In this document: positions 29,722 through 39,524 of the stretch, piece after piece | Numbering within the stretch: the stretch's first letter is position 1 | How the letters are laid out: each line of letters begins with the position of its first letter | Source: Candidatus Bathyarchaeota archaeon | Lineage (GTDB): Archaea; Thermoproteota; Bathyarchaeia; Bathyarchaeales; Bathycorpusculaceae | Assembly (NCBI GenBank): GCA_963772455.1 | Contig: CAVYXJ010000010.1 | Location: 96,001 to 160,000 of the forward strand | Reading direction: 5' to 3' | Length of the DNA stretch: 64,000 bases | The notes under the pieces: generated by a model | The model's database searches: none | Told to the model about the DNA's origin: nothing | Seen by the model: only the letters and a program-made list of their open reading frames with translations | Program-made: the position numbers and the translations under genes

Positions 29722-30486
29722 TTACTCTGTTTCGATTCTTGGTGCCAAGAAGAAGGTTAGTTTTCCCTCTTTTGTTTGTTGAAAATCTATTCTTACAGGC
29801 ATATCAGATGAGAATTCAAGTGTTGCAATATCTGAAGTAGCTGAAGCAGCCTTAATGATTTCTGAGAGGTAACTTAGGCTGAATGTGGCTTTAGCGTTCT
29901 CTTTAACTTCCAAGTCAAGTAATGCATCGTTTCCTTTTTGAAGAACAATGGTTGCTCCCATTAAATCGCCTGAAGCGCTCAATGTCAGTTTGTCTGGTTC
30001 AGCTTCGATCCTTACGTGGTCGCTTACTAGTTGAGCGTCTTCAATTGCTTGGCTTAAGCCTTGTGTTGTGGTTTTGGCTTTAACGTTGAAGCTTATTTTT
30101 GGTGTTGGGACTTCTTCTTCTGAGGCTTCAAGTGTTGGCATTGTAAAGTTTCGTTTGTACTTTCCTGTAATCGCTACAAGTAGTTTTCCAGTTTTTTCAT
30201 CAAGTGATAATTCAACTGCTTCTTCTTTTCCAGCTCGTTTGAGGAGCTTTAGAAGTTCGCTTATGTTTAAGCAAATTTTAGTGGGCTCAGTAGACACGTA
30301 TTCTTGGAAAAGTGATTTTGGCCATTCAAAATCGATCATGGCAACTCGTGATGGATCCATGGCTCGTAACTTTAAGCCTTCAGCGTCAATTTTGAAGGTT
30401 GCTTCATCAACAAGAATTGAGATGGCTGTAGCCATATCTCTTAGGAGTTTAGCATCAGACACTTTAAGCTTAAACATATTACCCAT
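29722..30486 (-). CDS. pcn: PCNA sliding clamp
   Basis: AMDPSRVAM…FFLAPRIE. Confidence 0.98.
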   Translation of the reverse strand: MGNMFKLKVSDAKLLRDMATAISILVDEATFKIDAEGLKLRAMDPSRVAMIDFEWPKSLFQEYVSTEPTKICLNISELLKLLKRAGKEEAVELSLDEKTGKLLVAITGKYKRNFTMPTLEASEEEVPTPKISFNVKAKTTTQGLSQAIEDAQLVSDHVRIEAEPDKLTLSASGDLMGATIVLQKGNDALLDLEVKENAKATFSLSYLSEIIKAASATSDIATLEFSSDMPVRIDFQQTKEGKLTFFLAPRIETE

Positions 30487-30873
30487 TTCCTCGCTTAATC
30501 ATGTATTGTAAAGTTATATAGCTTATGATTACACTTTGAGCTAATAAATAAATTGTTCAAAACTGAAATAATACATGCGATTAATTTCCTTAAAAATACT
30601 AAAGGACAGTTTTTACTGAATTAATGAATTTGCTCTGAATGTTTCGTATCAAGAAATGGTTTATCGGATGCAAACCAAATTGTAAACCCAAAAGATCCAA
30701 ACAATTAGCCTGAAACTGTCTGAGCATGAATATTGGTATCACTTCAAAGGACTTGTAAATGGGAGTTGATATCGAAAAAACCCTGATGGGTTTTGAAAAC
30801 TGTGTTTTCTTGTTCAGAAGGTGAAAAAGTATAAGAATGTGTATGTTTCTTTATTGCGAAGCTGGTCGATACC

Positions 30874-31149
30874 GTGAACGTTCCTAAAGAAGTAAAGACT
30901 TACTGTCCAAAATGTAAAGTTCATCAGATTCATGCAGTAACCTTATACAAGCCTGGAAAACGCAGAGCCTTGGCTCATGGTGAACGGCACCATGAACGTG
31001 AAAAAGAGGGTTACGGTGGACAAAAATATCCACTTCAAAGAGAATTCGCTAAAACTACAAAGAAGCAGACCTTGCGTCTAAAATGCAAAGTTTGTAATTA
31101 TATGCGACATAAAGACGGCATTCGCCTGCGAAAACTAGTCATACAATAA
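30874..31149 (+). CDS. rpl44e: 50S ribosomal protein L44e
   Basis: TYCPKC…GYGGQ…AKTTKK…CKVC. Confidence 0.97.
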   Translation: MNVPKEVKTYCPKCKVHQIHAVTLYKPGKRRALAHGERHHEREKEGYGGQKYPLQREFAKTTKKQTLRLKCKVCNYMRHKDGIRLRKLVIQ

Positions 31150-31167
31150 TTGTTGGAGTAGAAAATC

Positions 31168-31365
31168 ATGTCTGAATGGAATAAACTTATCCCGAAGCCT
31201 AGAAGCGTCTTCCTAAGAGTTAAATGCCCCAAATGCGGCAATGAACAACTCATCTTCAGCAACACAGTCAACAAAATCACCTGCAATGTTTGCGGTGAAT
31301 CATTAGCTGAACCCTCTGGTGGAAGAGCAAAAATCAACGGTGACGTCCAAGCAGTTCTCGAGTAA
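31168..31365 (+). CDS. rps27e: 30S ribosomal protein S27e
   Basis: FLRVKCPKCGNEQ…CNVCG…PSGGRA. Confidence 0.97.
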   Translation: MSEWNKLIPKPRSVFLRVKCPKCGNEQLIFSNTVNKITCNVCGESLAEPSGGRAKINGDVQAVLE

Positions 31366-31368
31366 GAG

Positions 31369-31485
31369 ATGAGCACCCAAATGGCTCATGGCAAGCCCGA
31401 AAGGCAATTAGCTGGCAAGCTTTCAATCGACACTTTAATGAAAGCCATTATGGGTGGACTAGTCATTTTTAGAAGGGACAAATAA
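31369..31485 (+). pseudogene. Probable internally deleted remnant of aIF-2 alpha
   Basis: 38-codon ORF MSTQMAHGKPERQLAGKLSIDTLMKAIMGGLVIFRRDK in the syntenic aIF2-alpha position; its ends resemble aIF2-alpha termini. Confidence 0.55.
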
Positions 31486-31656
31486 TTGGTTTGGCAATTG
31501 CGCAAATGCGTAAAATGTGAAAATTATACACTAAACAAAACTAGTTGCCCCTACTGTGGTGGGCCAGTGAGAATTCCCCATCCAGCCAAATTCTCCCCAG
31601 ATGATAAATATCTAAAGTACAGAATGGCAATGAAAAGGAGCGCAACAACAGAGTGA
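31486..31656 (+). CDS. nop10: H/ACA RNP protein Nop10 (absent from ORF track, 56 aa)
   Basis: TTG start; MVWQLRKCVKCENYTLNKTSCPYCGG…PHPAKFSPDDKYLKYR. Confidence 0.96.
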   Translation: MVWQLRKCVKCENYTLNKTSCPYCGGPVRIPHPAKFSPDDKYLKYRMAMKRSATTE

Positions 31657-32423
31657 AAGAAACATACATCAAAGAATTTGCTGAAATCAAACCAAACAAC
31701 CCAATCCTTATCGAAGGTCTTCCAGGTTTAGGCTTGGTGGGCAAAATTGCACTCCGCTACCTGATCAAACAGTTGAAAGCAAAAAAAGTCGCTTACCTGT
31801 ATTCACCACATTTTCCGTACTTTGTATTAGTTAATAAAAAAGGCAATGTGCGGCTCCTAAGAGGTGCTTTTTACTATTACCAAAACCCGAAAGGAAACGA
31901 CATTATCCTCTTTACTGGAGATAGCCAATCACAAACCATTGAGGGTCAATACGAAATCGCCGATAGAATGCTTGACTATTCTGAAAAACATGGGGTAAAA
32001 GCAATTGCAACTATAGGTGGATATCGAATGGAGCCCAAAGAGAAACCCAAAGTCTTCATAGCTGCAACCTCCCAAGATATCTTAAACAGGGCATTGCAAG
32101 CTGGTGCAACATTAAGTACCTCAGGAAGTCCAATCGTGGGAACAGCTGGATTAATTCTTGGGTTGGCAAAATTCAAAAAAATTGATGCACTTTGTTTACT
32201 TGGGGAAACACGGGGTTATTTGCCTGATCCTTTGGCAGCTAAAAGCGTTCTAGAAGTTTTAAAGTCTACCTTTAACTTTGATTTGGATCTCGCAGGCTTA
32301 GACGAAGAGATTGCTAAAGCAGAGACAATGGTTACAAAGTTGCAACAAATTGAAGAAAAACGAGCCGTGCAAGCTGAAGAGTCAAAAAAGCAAGATGACA
32401 AAAAAACCACATATATTTCATAA
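31653..32423 (+). CDS. PAC2 family proteasome assembly chaperone
   Basis: EGLPGLGLVGKI, TIGGY and LLGETRGY…DP motifs. Confidence 0.92.
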   Translation: MKETYIKEFAEIKPNNPILIEGLPGLGLVGKIALRYLIKQLKAKKVAYLYSPHFPYFVLVNKKGNVRLLRGAFYYYQNPKGNDIILFTGDSQSQTIEGQYEIADRMLDYSEKHGVKAIATIGGYRMEPKEKPKVFIAATSQDILNRALQAGATLSTSGSPIVGTAGLILGLAKFKKIDALCLLGETRGYLPDPLAAKSVLEVLKSTFNFDLDLAGLDEEIAKAETMVTKLQQIEEKRAVQAEESKKQDDKKTTYIS

Positions 32424-32591
32424 GAATAATTTTTTCTTTATTACTTCTTGTTCGTGTGTTTTTATCCGATATTATGTAAATTAAGAAAATTTAAGTTCTG
32501 TTGTAATTTAAAGCATAAATTAGTCGTCATTGCGATTGTTCAGTCAGAATATAGTAATACCATTTTAGTTTGTTAACTTTGAATTATCATC

Positions 32592-34625
32592 TTATGTTTT
32601 CTTTAGACAGCCTTCGCGCGGTTCATAAATTGTTCCTTCACGTAGCAATTGCCCAATCATGCGTTCAACTTCGCCCCTTGGTATCTTTTGTTTAGTTTCC
32701 AATTCGTTAACTAATGCGTCTTTTTCCACAATGCCCGTGATTTTCTCCATATCCATCAATGTTGATAATACAATGTGTAGTCTGTCTCGAATGCTCTTTG
32801 GTCTGCCAGTCATAATTAGGTCAATGTCTACTTTGTATGAGGACATATCGATTCCGACTTCCTCAAGCGATCGCTTCATAATGGCAATAGCCGCGTCAGC
32901 GTCCGCAGCAGTGACTTCGCTTCGAAGAGCAACGCGTGCTCGGGCTTCTGAAACACGAACCAGCGATTCAAGCTGACGCGCCGTTATTGCTACAGGTGAC
33001 CCTTCTGTTTCACTTGCTGAACGCATTGCTAGGTAAAAGTCACTAAGGCGGTTCAATGCGTCCATGCTTAGTTCTGGTTTGACGCTCTTGGCAAAACTGA
33101 CGTATTTTCGTAGAAGCTCCGCATTGACTTGCGCCTCTACCGGGCTTGATCCTCTTCTGTGAATCTCTAATATATGTCTGGACATTTTTCTGTCTGAATC
33201 TTTATTTGGTACGTCACGGAGGACAAAAATTAAGTCGAAACGAGAAAGGATAGTTACTGGTAGCGAAATATTTTCAGCAACCGTTCGATTAGGTTCATAT
33301 CTTCCTAATGATGGGTTAGCGGCTGCTAGAACGGCTGTTCGAGCGTTCAATGTGGCGACGATGCCGCCTTTTGCAACTGAAACAGTATGTTGTTCCATAG
33401 CTTCATGTATAGCAACTCTGTCTTCGGGACGCATTTTGTCCATTTCGTCAATGCATGCGATTCCTTTGTCTGCAAGGACCAATGCTCCTGCTTCAAGACT
33501 CATGCTTCCACCTTTTTCACGTACAACTGCCGCAGTTAAGCCAGCTGCTGTGGTACCTCTGCCCGAGGTGTAAAGTCCACGAGGTGCAATTCTGGCAACG
33601 TATTGAAGCAACTGCGATTTGGCTGTTCCTGGGTCACCAATTAACAGCGCGTTCATTTCGCCTCTCACATTTACGTCTGGTAAACTCTTTGATACCCCAC
33701 CGAAGAGTAGATACATTATTGCTTCTTTGATATGTTCTAATCCAAAAATTGAAGGTGCAATCGAAGTAAGAATTTTGTGGTGTACATCTGGATCTTTGGA
33801 TAACGCAACCATTTTGGCTTCTTCTTCAGGAGTGGGTGGTGATGTTTCAGGTTCTTTGCCCAATACTTCTATGGAGTTGGCGTCTAGTTGAAGTATGAAC
33901 GTGCGTAATTTTCCCATGCCCATTAGTGAGGGTGCAAAAGCACGTACTGTGCCAACTATTGAAACGTGGTCTCCTGGTCTTGCAACATCGACTATTTCGT
34001 CTCCGACAAGTTTCACCGCTAATACACGTGGAAGTTGTCCTGGAGGCAAATCTTCAGGTTTTTCTTGAAGGCGAAGATCTTGTGAGTCTATGAATGTGGA
34101 TTCTTCTTGACTAAACTCGAATGGTCCATCTCTACCACAATCTGGAGCAACGCATACGGATGGAGCTTTTAGAAATTGACCAGTTTGCTCAACCTGATTT
34201 ACTGTGCCGCATCGTTTACATTTGAAAGCTCCCAATTGAACCATTGGGCGAACAGGCGTGGCACGCACTACGATGCCTTCAATCATAACTAGTTTGCTCA
34301 TTTGTCTTGAGCCTAGTTTTCGCAGAATCTCTTTGCCCAAGAGCTTTACAATTCTAACTATTACTTTCTCTATTTTCTCAGCGTATTCTGCATCCTCAAT
34401 TCGAAGTTGCTCGTATGCTCCTTTACCGGCATGTTGTAAGTACTCTTCAGGTCTGTTTAGTAATAGTTCAGATAAGGCCTGGTCGAATCCATAGAGTTCT
34501 TCAAAATCGATAATTAAAGATCCTTTTCCGTTAATGGCTAACTGAGCAATTCGTTGGCGGTACTTTTCTTTTTTGAAAAATTCTTGAAAACGCTGTTGAG
34601 GATCTATGGTCTCAAGTTTAGCCAT
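32592..34625 (-). CDS. mcm: MCM replicative helicase
   Basis: GDPGTAKSQ, IDEMDKM and SRFD motifs; Zn finger; no intein. Confidence 0.98.
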   Translation of the reverse strand: MAKLETIDPQQRFQEFFKKEKYRQRIAQLAINGKGSLIIDFEELYGFDQALSELLLNRPEEYLQHAGKGAYEQLRIEDAEYAEKIEKVIVRIVKLLGKEILRKLGSRQMSKLVMIEGIVVRATPVRPMVQLGAFKCKRCGTVNQVEQTGQFLKAPSVCVAPDCGRDGPFEFSQEESTFIDSQDLRLQEKPEDLPPGQLPRVLAVKLVGDEIVDVARPGDHVSIVGTVRAFAPSLMGMGKLRTFILQLDANSIEVLGKEPETSPPTPEEEAKMVALSKDPDVHHKILTSIAPSIFGLEHIKEAIMYLLFGGVSKSLPDVNVRGEMNALLIGDPGTAKSQLLQYVARIAPRGLYTSGRGTTAAGLTAAVVREKGGSMSLEAGALVLADKGIACIDEMDKMRPEDRVAIHEAMEQHTVSVAKGGIVATLNARTAVLAAANPSLGRYEPNRTVAENISLPVTILSRFDLIFVLRDVPNKDSDRKMSRHILEIHRRGSSPVEAQVNAELLRKYVSFAKSVKPELSMDALNRLSDFYLAMRSASETEGSPVAITARQLESLVRVSEARARVALRSEVTAADADAAIAIMKRSLEEVGIDMSSYKVDIDLIMTGRPKSIRDRLHIVLSTLMDMEKITGIVEKDALVNELETKQKIPRGEVERMIGQLLREGTIYEPREGCLKKT

Positions 34626-34626
34626 T

Positions 34627-35181
34627 CTATTTTTCTCCAACGTTTTCTAGTATTCTAGCTTTCCACTCAGAAATGATTTTAACAAGTTGCTCGTAAACAA
34701 GGCGTTCTTCACTTGTGAATTTCTTGAGAACTAGGTCACTTTGGGCAGGAGCGGCAGATATTGCAACTATTTTCTTTAGTCTCGAATTAACGATGTCGCG
34801 AGCTAATTGTCTTGCACGATCGTATTCTTGGTATTTCTCGGATTGTTTTTGAGCTTGATCTTTTAGATCTGAGATGAATCTGCGGAGTTTGGGGTAAAAG
34901 TCGCCTGGCAAATCTGAGATTTGTCCTGGAATTTGGACGCCTTCCTTCCATTGGACTTTGAAGAGTTTAGTGGCATCTAAGACGTCGTCTTCGCGGAAAT
35001 GAACCATACCTGCTGATGCAAGTTCTTTGGCTACCCAAAAATAAATTTCGTATTCATTTCCTTCGTCAAAGGGACCTACAGTTAAGCCGGCAAGTTTGAT
35101 TTCTGGGCAGTTGCGGTTCGCTATGATTTTAACTAGTGAATTCTCATAGCAAAAGTCTAAAGTGCATATTTTCGCTGCCAA
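34627..35181 (-). CDS. GINS subunit Gins23
   Basis: N-terminal B domain (GPF…WVAKEL) then helical domain (LPGDFY…RLKKI); directly upstream of mcm. Confidence 0.85.
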   Translation of the reverse strand: MAAKICTLDFCYENSLVKIIANRNCPEIKLAGLTVGPFDEGNEYEIYFWVAKELASAGMVHFREDDVLDATKLFKVQWKEGVQIPGQISDLPGDFYPKLRRFISDLKDQAQKQSEKYQEYDRARQLARDIVNSRLKKIVAISAAPAQSDLVLKKFTSEERLVYEQLVKIISEWKARILENVGEK

Positions 35182-35333
35182 ATCCTATCCCTCTTCAACA
35201 CAGTTGCCCTTTGCGGGATTCAACAGATATGGCGAGAACAGTTTTAAGGATTGCTAGAAAAACAAATTCAGAAAATTTCATTATTTATTGTGCAATGCTG
35301 GAGAATTTGCGGGTCTTTAAAGATGTAAGTTAA

Positions 35334-36584
35334 TCATGGCCAGAGTCCCAATACTTTTATCGCATTTGCTACTCGCCCAATTCCCAGCATTAGGGCTCCA
35401 GTTCGCATATCGCTTTCTTCCTTCACCACAATAGCCTCCACGTCGTTGAAGGCTTTAGTCATTTTCTCCTCAAGCTTGCTGTTGACAGTTTCTAGTGACC
35501 ACTGTTCTCGGGTTAGGTTTTGGACCCATTCGAAGTAACTTACTGTCACTCCTCCACTATTGGCGAGGATGTCTGGGATAAGGCAAATTTCTTTTTCGTA
35601 CAAAATCTTGTCAGCTTCAGTTGTGGTAGGTCCATTGGCGCCTTCAGCAACCATTTTTGCTTTGATTTTGTCAGCGTTCTTGTGTGTAATCTGGTTTTGC
35701 AGCGCCGCGGGGATAAGCACGTCGCATGGTAATTCTAACAGTTCTTCGTTAGTTATACTCTTGTAGCCCATGTAACCTTGGACAGATTGAGTTTTTTCTT
35801 TATACGCTAAAAGACCTTGTGGATTCATGCCGTCTTCGCAGTAGATTCCGCCAGTTGAATCGCTTACCGCAACCACATTGCATCCAATTTCTCGAGCAGC
35901 AATTGCAGCATTGTAACCAACATTGCCGAAGCCTTGAATTGCCACAGTAGCTCCTTTAAGTTTTAATCCGTTATTCTCTGCTGCTTGTCTTATGCAATGA
36001 ATTACGCCACGCCCAGTAGCTTCGATTCTACCCCATGAACCACCAATCTCAACTGGCTTGCCTGTTGCGCTTTCAGGGATTCTGAAACCTTTAAGCTGGC
36101 TGTAAGTGTCCATTATCCACGCCATTGTCTGTGAATCCGTGTACATGTCAGGCGCTGGAATATCCATGTGTGGACCCAGATACTCAGAAATCAAACTAAC
36201 ATATCTTCTGGTCAAACGTTCCAACTCATTTTGACTTAGTTTTTTGGTGTCGACGCATATTCCACCTTTGGCTCCTCCGAATGGTATGTTGGCGATTGCA
36301 CATTTCCATGTCATAAGCATCGCAAGCGCTGTGACTTCGCCGAGCGTTAAGTTTGGATAATATCGGATTCCCCCTTTGAAGGGTCCGCGTGCATCCCAAT
36401 GTTGAACCCGTAAACCGTTGAAAACGTCAACTGAACCATTATCCATTCGAATGTCGATGCTTACGGAAATTGAGCGTTTGGGTTGGCTTAGCATTTTATG
36501 CATTCCTGAATCGAGCCCAAGTTTTTTTGATGCTAATTTGAGTTGTGATAATGCTACGGTTAATGGTGTGTGTTCTTCTGTCAA
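35334..36584 (-). CDS. gdhA: Glutamate dehydrogenase
   Basis: GPFKGGIR, GGAKGG, DIPAPD, QGFGNVG and SYFEWVQN motifs. Confidence 0.95.
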   Translation of the reverse strand: MTEEHTPLTVALSQLKLASKKLGLDSGMHKMLSQPKRSISVSIDIRMDNGSVDVFNGLRVQHWDARGPFKGGIRYYPNLTLGEVTALAMLMTWKCAIANIPFGGAKGGICVDTKKLSQNELERLTRRYVSLISEYLGPHMDIPAPDMYTDSQTMAWIMDTYSQLKGFRIPESATGKPVEIGGSWGRIEATGRGVIHCIRQAAENNGLKLKGATVAIQGFGNVGYNAAIAAREIGCNVVAVSDSTGGIYCEDGMNPQGLLAYKEKTQSVQGYMGYKSITNEELLELPCDVLIPAALQNQITHKNADKIKAKMVAEGANGPTTTEADKILYEKEICLIPDILANSGGVTVSYFEWVQNLTREQWSLETVNSKLEEKMTKAFNDVEAIVVKEESDMRTGALMLGIGRVANAIKVLGLWP

Positions 36585-36853
36585 TAGACAAGCCTTCTAC
36601 AACAAAAGTTAATTAAAAATAGCTAGTTAAGAGTTGCCATTGAAAGCTTTTGTAGGTTTGGTTGATGCTTTTGTATACAAATAGATTATTTTCTATTTTG
36701 ACTATCTTTACCTAAATTTTGTAGGGGGAACAAACCGTGAAATTTGATAATCCAGTATTGAAAGCTAAGCTATCAAACCAAATTTTAATATTATTATGTA
36801 TTTTTAATATAAATAGAATAATTTGATTCAATTTACATAAGTTTATGATATGA

Positions 36854-37189
36854 TTAGACTTTTTCAAGGTATTTTTCAAATTGCTTCCTATCCCTCAAAC
36901 ACTGAGGACAAACACAATTAAATGGTAAATTCTTGGTTGTACATAACTCGTCATATTTGCAATCGCCGCAAGGAAAATCTTTCCCGCATTGGGTGCAACT
37001 TTGAAGAAAAATCACTTCAGTATTAAGGATTTCGTTGATTAAGTCCATAAGTTTCTCGATGTCGTTGTAACTTTTAATAGAATAGAGGCATTGTTCGCGA
37101 TTGTAATCTAATCCTGCGTTTAATAGGTGCATGAACTTTTCTTTTTCCACTCGTGGAAGCTTGAATGCTTTCTTATTCAAAACCGCCAT
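36854..37189 (-). CDS. Cys-rich putative metal-binding protein
   Basis: 8 Cys in the C-terminal half; starts 6 nt after the rfcL stop. Confidence 0.75.
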   Translation of the reverse strand: MAVLNKKAFKLPRVEKEKFMHLLNAGLDYNREQCLYSIKSYNDIEKLMDLINEILNTEVIFLQSCTQCGKDFPCGDCKYDELCTTKNLPFNCVCPQCLRDRKQFEKYLEKV

Positions 37190-37195
37190 GGTTAC

Positions 37196-38440
37196 TCAGA
37201 ACCTGTTCATTTTAATTAGAAAATCAACTTCTTCTGGCGTAAATTTAAACCAAGCTTGAAGGGTATTTCCTTTTTGTTTTTGCAGTAATTCTTTAACGAA
37301 AGGAACGAAATCATGTTTAGCTTTTCCGTGCGAAACGTGACATTGGGCTCCAATTTTGCCGCATATACTGTCAAGCATTGTTCTTTTGCCCTTGGTCCAG
37401 AACAATGTAATAATTCGAATTGGCGGGGAAATCAAAGTAAAGGGTTTGTATGATTCAGGATTGACTGCAGCAGCTTTTGATAAGCAGTTAAAGAAGTACT
37501 TTAAAAGAAACCAATGTTCCGTTCCAATTCTACCTCTAAAAACGTCAGCTTGAGATACAAAATCGTAAGCCGCTGCAAGCTCTGTCGGGTCACTGTAGCG
37601 TCTTGGGAGGTTGTCGCTTATAGATAACAGAAAATCATCATAGTCAACATTCGAGTAGCTAAGCAAACTTGATACCTCTGCAATTGATTTTGTTGAAAAG
37701 AATTCTCGCAAGGTATCGTCCATGCTGATATCCTTGTTTCTTGAACTAAGCATGATCGTATCTTGAAGAGTTAAGTTGTGAGTTCCTTCGCTTAAACTTT
37801 GTAAATCGTTTATTGCTGACCGCACATCGCCGCGGCTATTCTGAGCAATTCTTTCTAGTGCTTCGAACTCTGCTTTCACGTGTTCAAGCAAACATATTTT
37901 CTGAAGCAGAGCAATAATTAGTGGAATCCGTATTTGTTGGAACCTCACGAGTAGGCATACTTTTTTTAGCGGTCGAAGTTTTTCTACTTCAGGGTCATTT
38001 GCAGCCATTATAACTGGGGTGCGTGCTTCCTCAATAATTTTTATTATTGCACCTACACCGCCTCGATCCTCGTTACCAGCGATGCCGTCAACTTCATCTA
38101 GGAAAAGAAGGTTGCCTTTGCCTTTGACTTGGTTTTGAGTTGAAAAATTATCTAAAGCCACGTAGGATGTAGCTGGTTTAGCAACTGCGTTAATCGCTTT
38201 TTCTGAGCGTGTGTCGCTAGCGTTCATCTCAATAATTGTAAATCCAAATTCTTTTGAAGCTGCATTAATTAATGCAGTTTTTCCTACACCGGGAGGTCCA
38301 TAGAGCAAAATAGCTTTTTTACTTCGACGTTTGCTCTTGAGCCACTCAATAAAAATAGTTTTAGCTTCTTCATTGCCAATTATATCTTCTATCTTTTTTG
38401 GGCGGTACTTTTCAACCCATAAAAGATCATTTCGCTGCAT
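37196..38440 (-). CDS. rfcL: Replication factor C large subunit
   Basis: WVEKYRP, GPPGVGKT, EMNASD and DEVDG motifs. Confidence 0.95.
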   Translation of the reverse strand: MQRNDLLWVEKYRPKKIEDIIGNEEAKTIFIEWLKSKRRSKKAILLYGPPGVGKTALINAASKEFGFTIIEMNASDTRSEKAINAVAKPATSYVALDNFSTQNQVKGKGNLLFLDEVDGIAGNEDRGGVGAIIKIIEEARTPVIMAANDPEVEKLRPLKKVCLLVRFQQIRIPLIIALLQKICLLEHVKAEFEALERIAQNSRGDVRSAINDLQSLSEGTHNLTLQDTIMLSSRNKDISMDDTLREFFSTKSIAEVSSLLSYSNVDYDDFLLSISDNLPRRYSDPTELAAAYDFVSQADVFRGRIGTEHWFLLKYFFNCLSKAAAVNPESYKPFTLISPPIRIITLFWTKGKRTMLDSICGKIGAQCHVSHGKAKHDFVPFVKELLQKQKGNTLQAWFKFTPEEVDFLIKMNRF

Positions 38441-39434
38441 AAGTTTCCTCTACATTCTTTCCAAATTTTGCGAACTGAGCTAAAAGTGCGCTTAGTTGGA
38501 TGTCGCTGTTTGCGCCTTGAGTTAACCTGTAATCGTATTCGCCGATGATGTTTGATAGGTCAGCTTTTTGTTCGGGCGTTAAATCAGACATTTTGAAGAT
38601 TTCGCGTTGCACTTGACGGATGATTTCGTTGCCTGAAAAACCATAAGACCCCATTATTTCATACATTGTTTTTCTGGCTTCAATAAAGTCGCCATACAAG
38701 GCTTTTCGAATCATTTTTTGCACCTGCATAGGGCTGGCTTCTCCAATAACTAGGGAAACTGTCTTTTCATCAACGCAATTGGGTTTGTATGCTGAAGCTG
38801 TTTGTAACGCGTTTATTGCGTGTCGCAAGTCGCCTTCGGAGTAGTCCACTATTCTCTCGGCTGCTTCAGGCTGCAGAGTAATGTTTTCTTTTTTTGCGAT
38901 GCATAGCAGTTGATCTTTCATTGCTTGTTTGTCTAGTCGTGAGAATCGGAAGATGGCGCATCGGCTTTGTATGGGCTCAATAATTTTGCTCGATTGATTG
39001 CATATTAGGATGAATCTGGATGTGCGGGAACTGGTTTCCATTATGCGTCTAAGAGCTGTTTGAGCTGGACCTGTCATTTGGTCACATTCGTCGAGTATTA
39101 TTAGGGCAAATGGAATGTCGCCAAAACCAGAACGACTGTAACGTGAGAAATCTTTGATACGGTCTCGTACTGTGTCAATTCCTCTTTCATCTGAAGCGTT
39201 AAGTTCAAGTGTAAAGTTTCTCCAGTTATCTCCATATAATTCGTGAGCGATGCAGAGAGCGATTGTTGTTTTTCCTGTACCCGGAATACCTGCTAGCATC
39301 AAGTGCGGCATAGTCTTTGGGTTTTTCATAAACGCTTTAAGGCTCTCGACAATGTCTTTTAAACCTACGACATCATCGAGGGTTTTGGGCCGGTATTTCT
39401 CGACCCACATAAGTGCTTCTTCATTAACTGCCAT
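38427..39434 (-). CDS. rfcS: Replication factor C small subunit
   Basis: WVEKYRP, ELNASDERGID and SRC motifs; no intein. Confidence 0.97.
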   Translation of the reverse strand: MAVNEEALMWVEKYRPKTLDDVVGLKDIVESLKAFMKNPKTMPHLMLAGIPGTGKTTIALCIAHELYGDNWRNFTLELNASDERGIDTVRDRIKDFSRYSRSGFGDIPFALIILDECDQMTGPAQTALRRIMETSSRTSRFILICNQSSKIIEPIQSRCAIFRFSRLDKQAMKDQLLCIAKKENITLQPEAAERIVDYSEGDLRHAINALQTASAYKPNCVDEKTVSLVIGEASPMQVQKMIRKALYGDFIEARKTMYEIMGSYGFSGNEIIRQVQREIFKMSDLTPEQKADLSNIIGEYDYRLTQGANSDIQLSALLAQFAKFGKNVEETYAAK

Positions 39435-39524
39435 AAATTAACCCTTACCGATAAATTATAGATACCCTTGTTCTAATAACTAATTTGTCTTTCTGTAAAA
39501 GTTAAAAAAGAATTTGTTTCGAGA

